Both the position numbers and the translations under genes were made by a program. The notes beneath the pieces are model-generated. The model was given only the letters and a program-made list of their open reading frames with translations, had not been told where the DNA came from and did no database searches. Positions 62,569-64,000 of a DNA stretch of 64,000 bases are shown in pieces; the first letter of the stretch is position 1, and the number at the start of each line of letters is the position of its first letter. The stretch lies in contig CBFHKH010000001.1 in NCBI GenBank assembly GCA_965656375.1, positions 514,845 to 578,844 of the forward strand. The letters run 5' to 3'. The stretch comes from Minisyncoccia bacterium. GTDB taxonomy: Bacteria; Patescibacteriota; Minisyncoccia; Phycocordibacterales; UBA9973.

Positions 62569-63153
62569 CTATTCATCAACACCGAAACGCTTGTAATCCA
62601 TGAGCTTGATATCGCCGAACCAGTGCTTGATCTCGTGTTCTGCTTCCTCTGGAGTTTCTGAACAATGAACGATATTCATAACTGCGCGCTTTTCCATGTT
62701 TGCAAGTGCTGGAGAATCAATAGAGAAATCTCCACGAATTGTGCCCATCTCAGCTTTGTATGGCATTGTATCGCCAGCAACCTTACGAACAACGTCCACA
62801 GCATGCACACCTTTAACTACCATTTTCACAAGAGGTGCAGATGTCATGTAATCGATGAGCCATTTACGGATCTCAGGACCGATCTTTGCAGCTTCAGTTG
62901 TACCGAAGTCTTTCATAGCATCATAGCCGTATTTTTCGTATGTCGTGAGAGTTTTGTTACCAAGGCGAGTGATCCATTCTTCGCTCTTTGGATAGTGATC
63001 ATTAACTCGATCGAATTCTGGAGTAAACATCTCAAGCGCGACGATCTTCAGATCGCGCTGTTCAAAACGCTTGATAACTTCACCTATGAGGCCTTTTTTG
63101 ACTCCATCCGGCTTCATCATAACATATGTAACTTCTTCTTTTGGGTGTTTCAT
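62569..63153 (-). CDS. ndk: nucleoside diphosphate kinase with an approx 50-aa internal insertion
   Basis: VMMKPDGVKKGLIGEVIKRFE..., active-site NIVHCSE; 194 aa versus the usual 140 or so. Confidence 0.8.
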   Translation of the reverse strand: MKHPKEEVTYVMMKPDGVKKGLIGEVIKRFEQRDLKIVALEMFTPEFDRVNDHYPKSEEWITRLGNKTLTTYEKYGYDAMKDFGTTEAAKIGPEIRKWLIDYMTSAPLVKMVVKGVHAVDVVRKVAGDTMPYKAEMGTIRGDFSIDSPALANMEKRAVMNIVHCSETPEEAEHEIKHWFGDIKLMDYKRFGVDE

Positions 63154-63223
63154 ATAAATAAAAAATCGCTTTCGCGGTTTGTAGTAATAAAGCTATTATA
63201 GCAGAAAATCCCTTGTTCGGCAA

Positions 63224-63835
63224 TTATTTCTTAATCTGCTCGGTAAATGTAATAACTGAATACTCATTCTCATTTATATTATTCATTTTATAAATCTGCA
63301 TTGTAGAACAGCGTAAATGAGTGCTCCAATCAAAGCCGAGCTTTTTTGCAACTGCTTCAACATTCTCCCAACTATTCCCTTCAAGCTCTACATACGGATC
63401 AATCATCGGCCATGTATCTATATCTACTTCAACTGTATCGAGAATATAACGTTCTCGTTTATTTTCTTCGTAGAACTTCTCTATCATACCTATTGATTTG
63501 AGGAATTGATCTGCAGTAGTAAAATCACTGACAACTATCTCGACTTCTTTCATCCCTCCATCACGCATCGTCTCACTATTTGCTTCGAGTCGTTGTTTAT
63601 ATGTCATGACAACCTTGTCTCCTTCATCACGCACTCGCACCCACGCATGCTTCTCTGCAAGTGGTAAACCCGGGAAATCATACGATTTTCTTTTATAATC
63701 AAAGCTACCGATAAAAACCGCTTCAAGTGCTTTGAGTTTGTCTCTTAGCTTCTCTACATCTATATGTATAAACTTTGCTTCTATCTCTTCCATATTATCC
63801 TTGCTGTCTGTATTTATCCATAATTTCTTCTTCAA
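63224..63835 (-). CDS. CYTH-domain protein
   Basis: MEEIEAKFI (ExExK) near the N-terminus; about 200 aa. Confidence 0.5.
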   Translation of the reverse strand: MKKKLWINTDSKDNMEEIEAKFIHIDVEKLRDKLKALEAVFIGSFDYKRKSYDFPGLPLAEKHAWVRVRDEGDKVVMTYKQRLEANSETMRDGGMKEVEIVVSDFTTADQFLKSIGMIEKFYEENKRERYILDTVEVDIDTWPMIDPYVELEGNSWENVEAVAKKLGFDWSTHLRCSTMQIYKMNNINENEYSVITFTEQIKK

Positions 63836-64000
63836 CTTCTCCGCGTTCGCGACCGAATTTCAAGTATGAGAGTTCTTTGATCTTCTCGACGATCTCGACT
63901 GTTCCTTGTGGCGGTGGGAATGTTGCAATATTGAACGGCTTTGTCGGCTGGCCACCAACGAGCATCGACATATATGCATTCCTATTCTCAATCTTCATAA

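Noticed and set aside
63836-64000. Partial minus-strand ORF at the window end (MKIENRNAYMSMLVGGQPTKPF...)
   Set aside because: It is truncated by the window edge and overlaps the CYTH gene stop by about 40 nt; there is too little sequence to assign a product.

Overview
This 64-kb window looks like a small-genome, low-GC bacterium with a CPR/Patescibacteria-like gene organisation. Long ORFs stay intact under the standard genetic code. Core content comprises the tail of the gatCA operon and ligA; a large secretin-less type IV pilus/competence locus (four pseudopilins, pilD, pilA, pilC, pilT, an embedded receiver-only response regulator, pilB, a pilMNO-like set, then comFC); a purine block (purL, purM and a fused purC-purE); a histidine kinase/response regulator pair; recG; ftsH; smpB with tmRNA; truB; and infC-rpmI-rplT. 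Accessory content is dense in the second half. A 1737-aa membrane protein combines a GT-A glycosyltransferase-like domain with a eukaryotic-like protein kinase domain. A compositionally atypical three-gene cassette with overlapping stop/start codons lies between a 30-bp palindrome and a tRNA-Ile(UAU). A small island in the 3' end of ssrA is marked by a 21-bp direct repeat and carries a Doc toxin, an HTH partner, a possible HEPN-motif protein and an XRE regulator. A 972-aa glycine-rich tail-fibre-like secreted protein ends in a peptidase-S74-type chaperone domain. Four CYTH-domain paralogues occur, three of them clustered with an HD phosphohydrolase and an insertion-bearing ndk. A roughly 60-bp repeat is embedded in frame inside both ligA and truB. 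A class-II Ser-type tRNA has an apparent ACU anticodon. No CRISPR array or transposase was seen. Every call rests on my own reading of motifs in the supplied translations; no searches were run.
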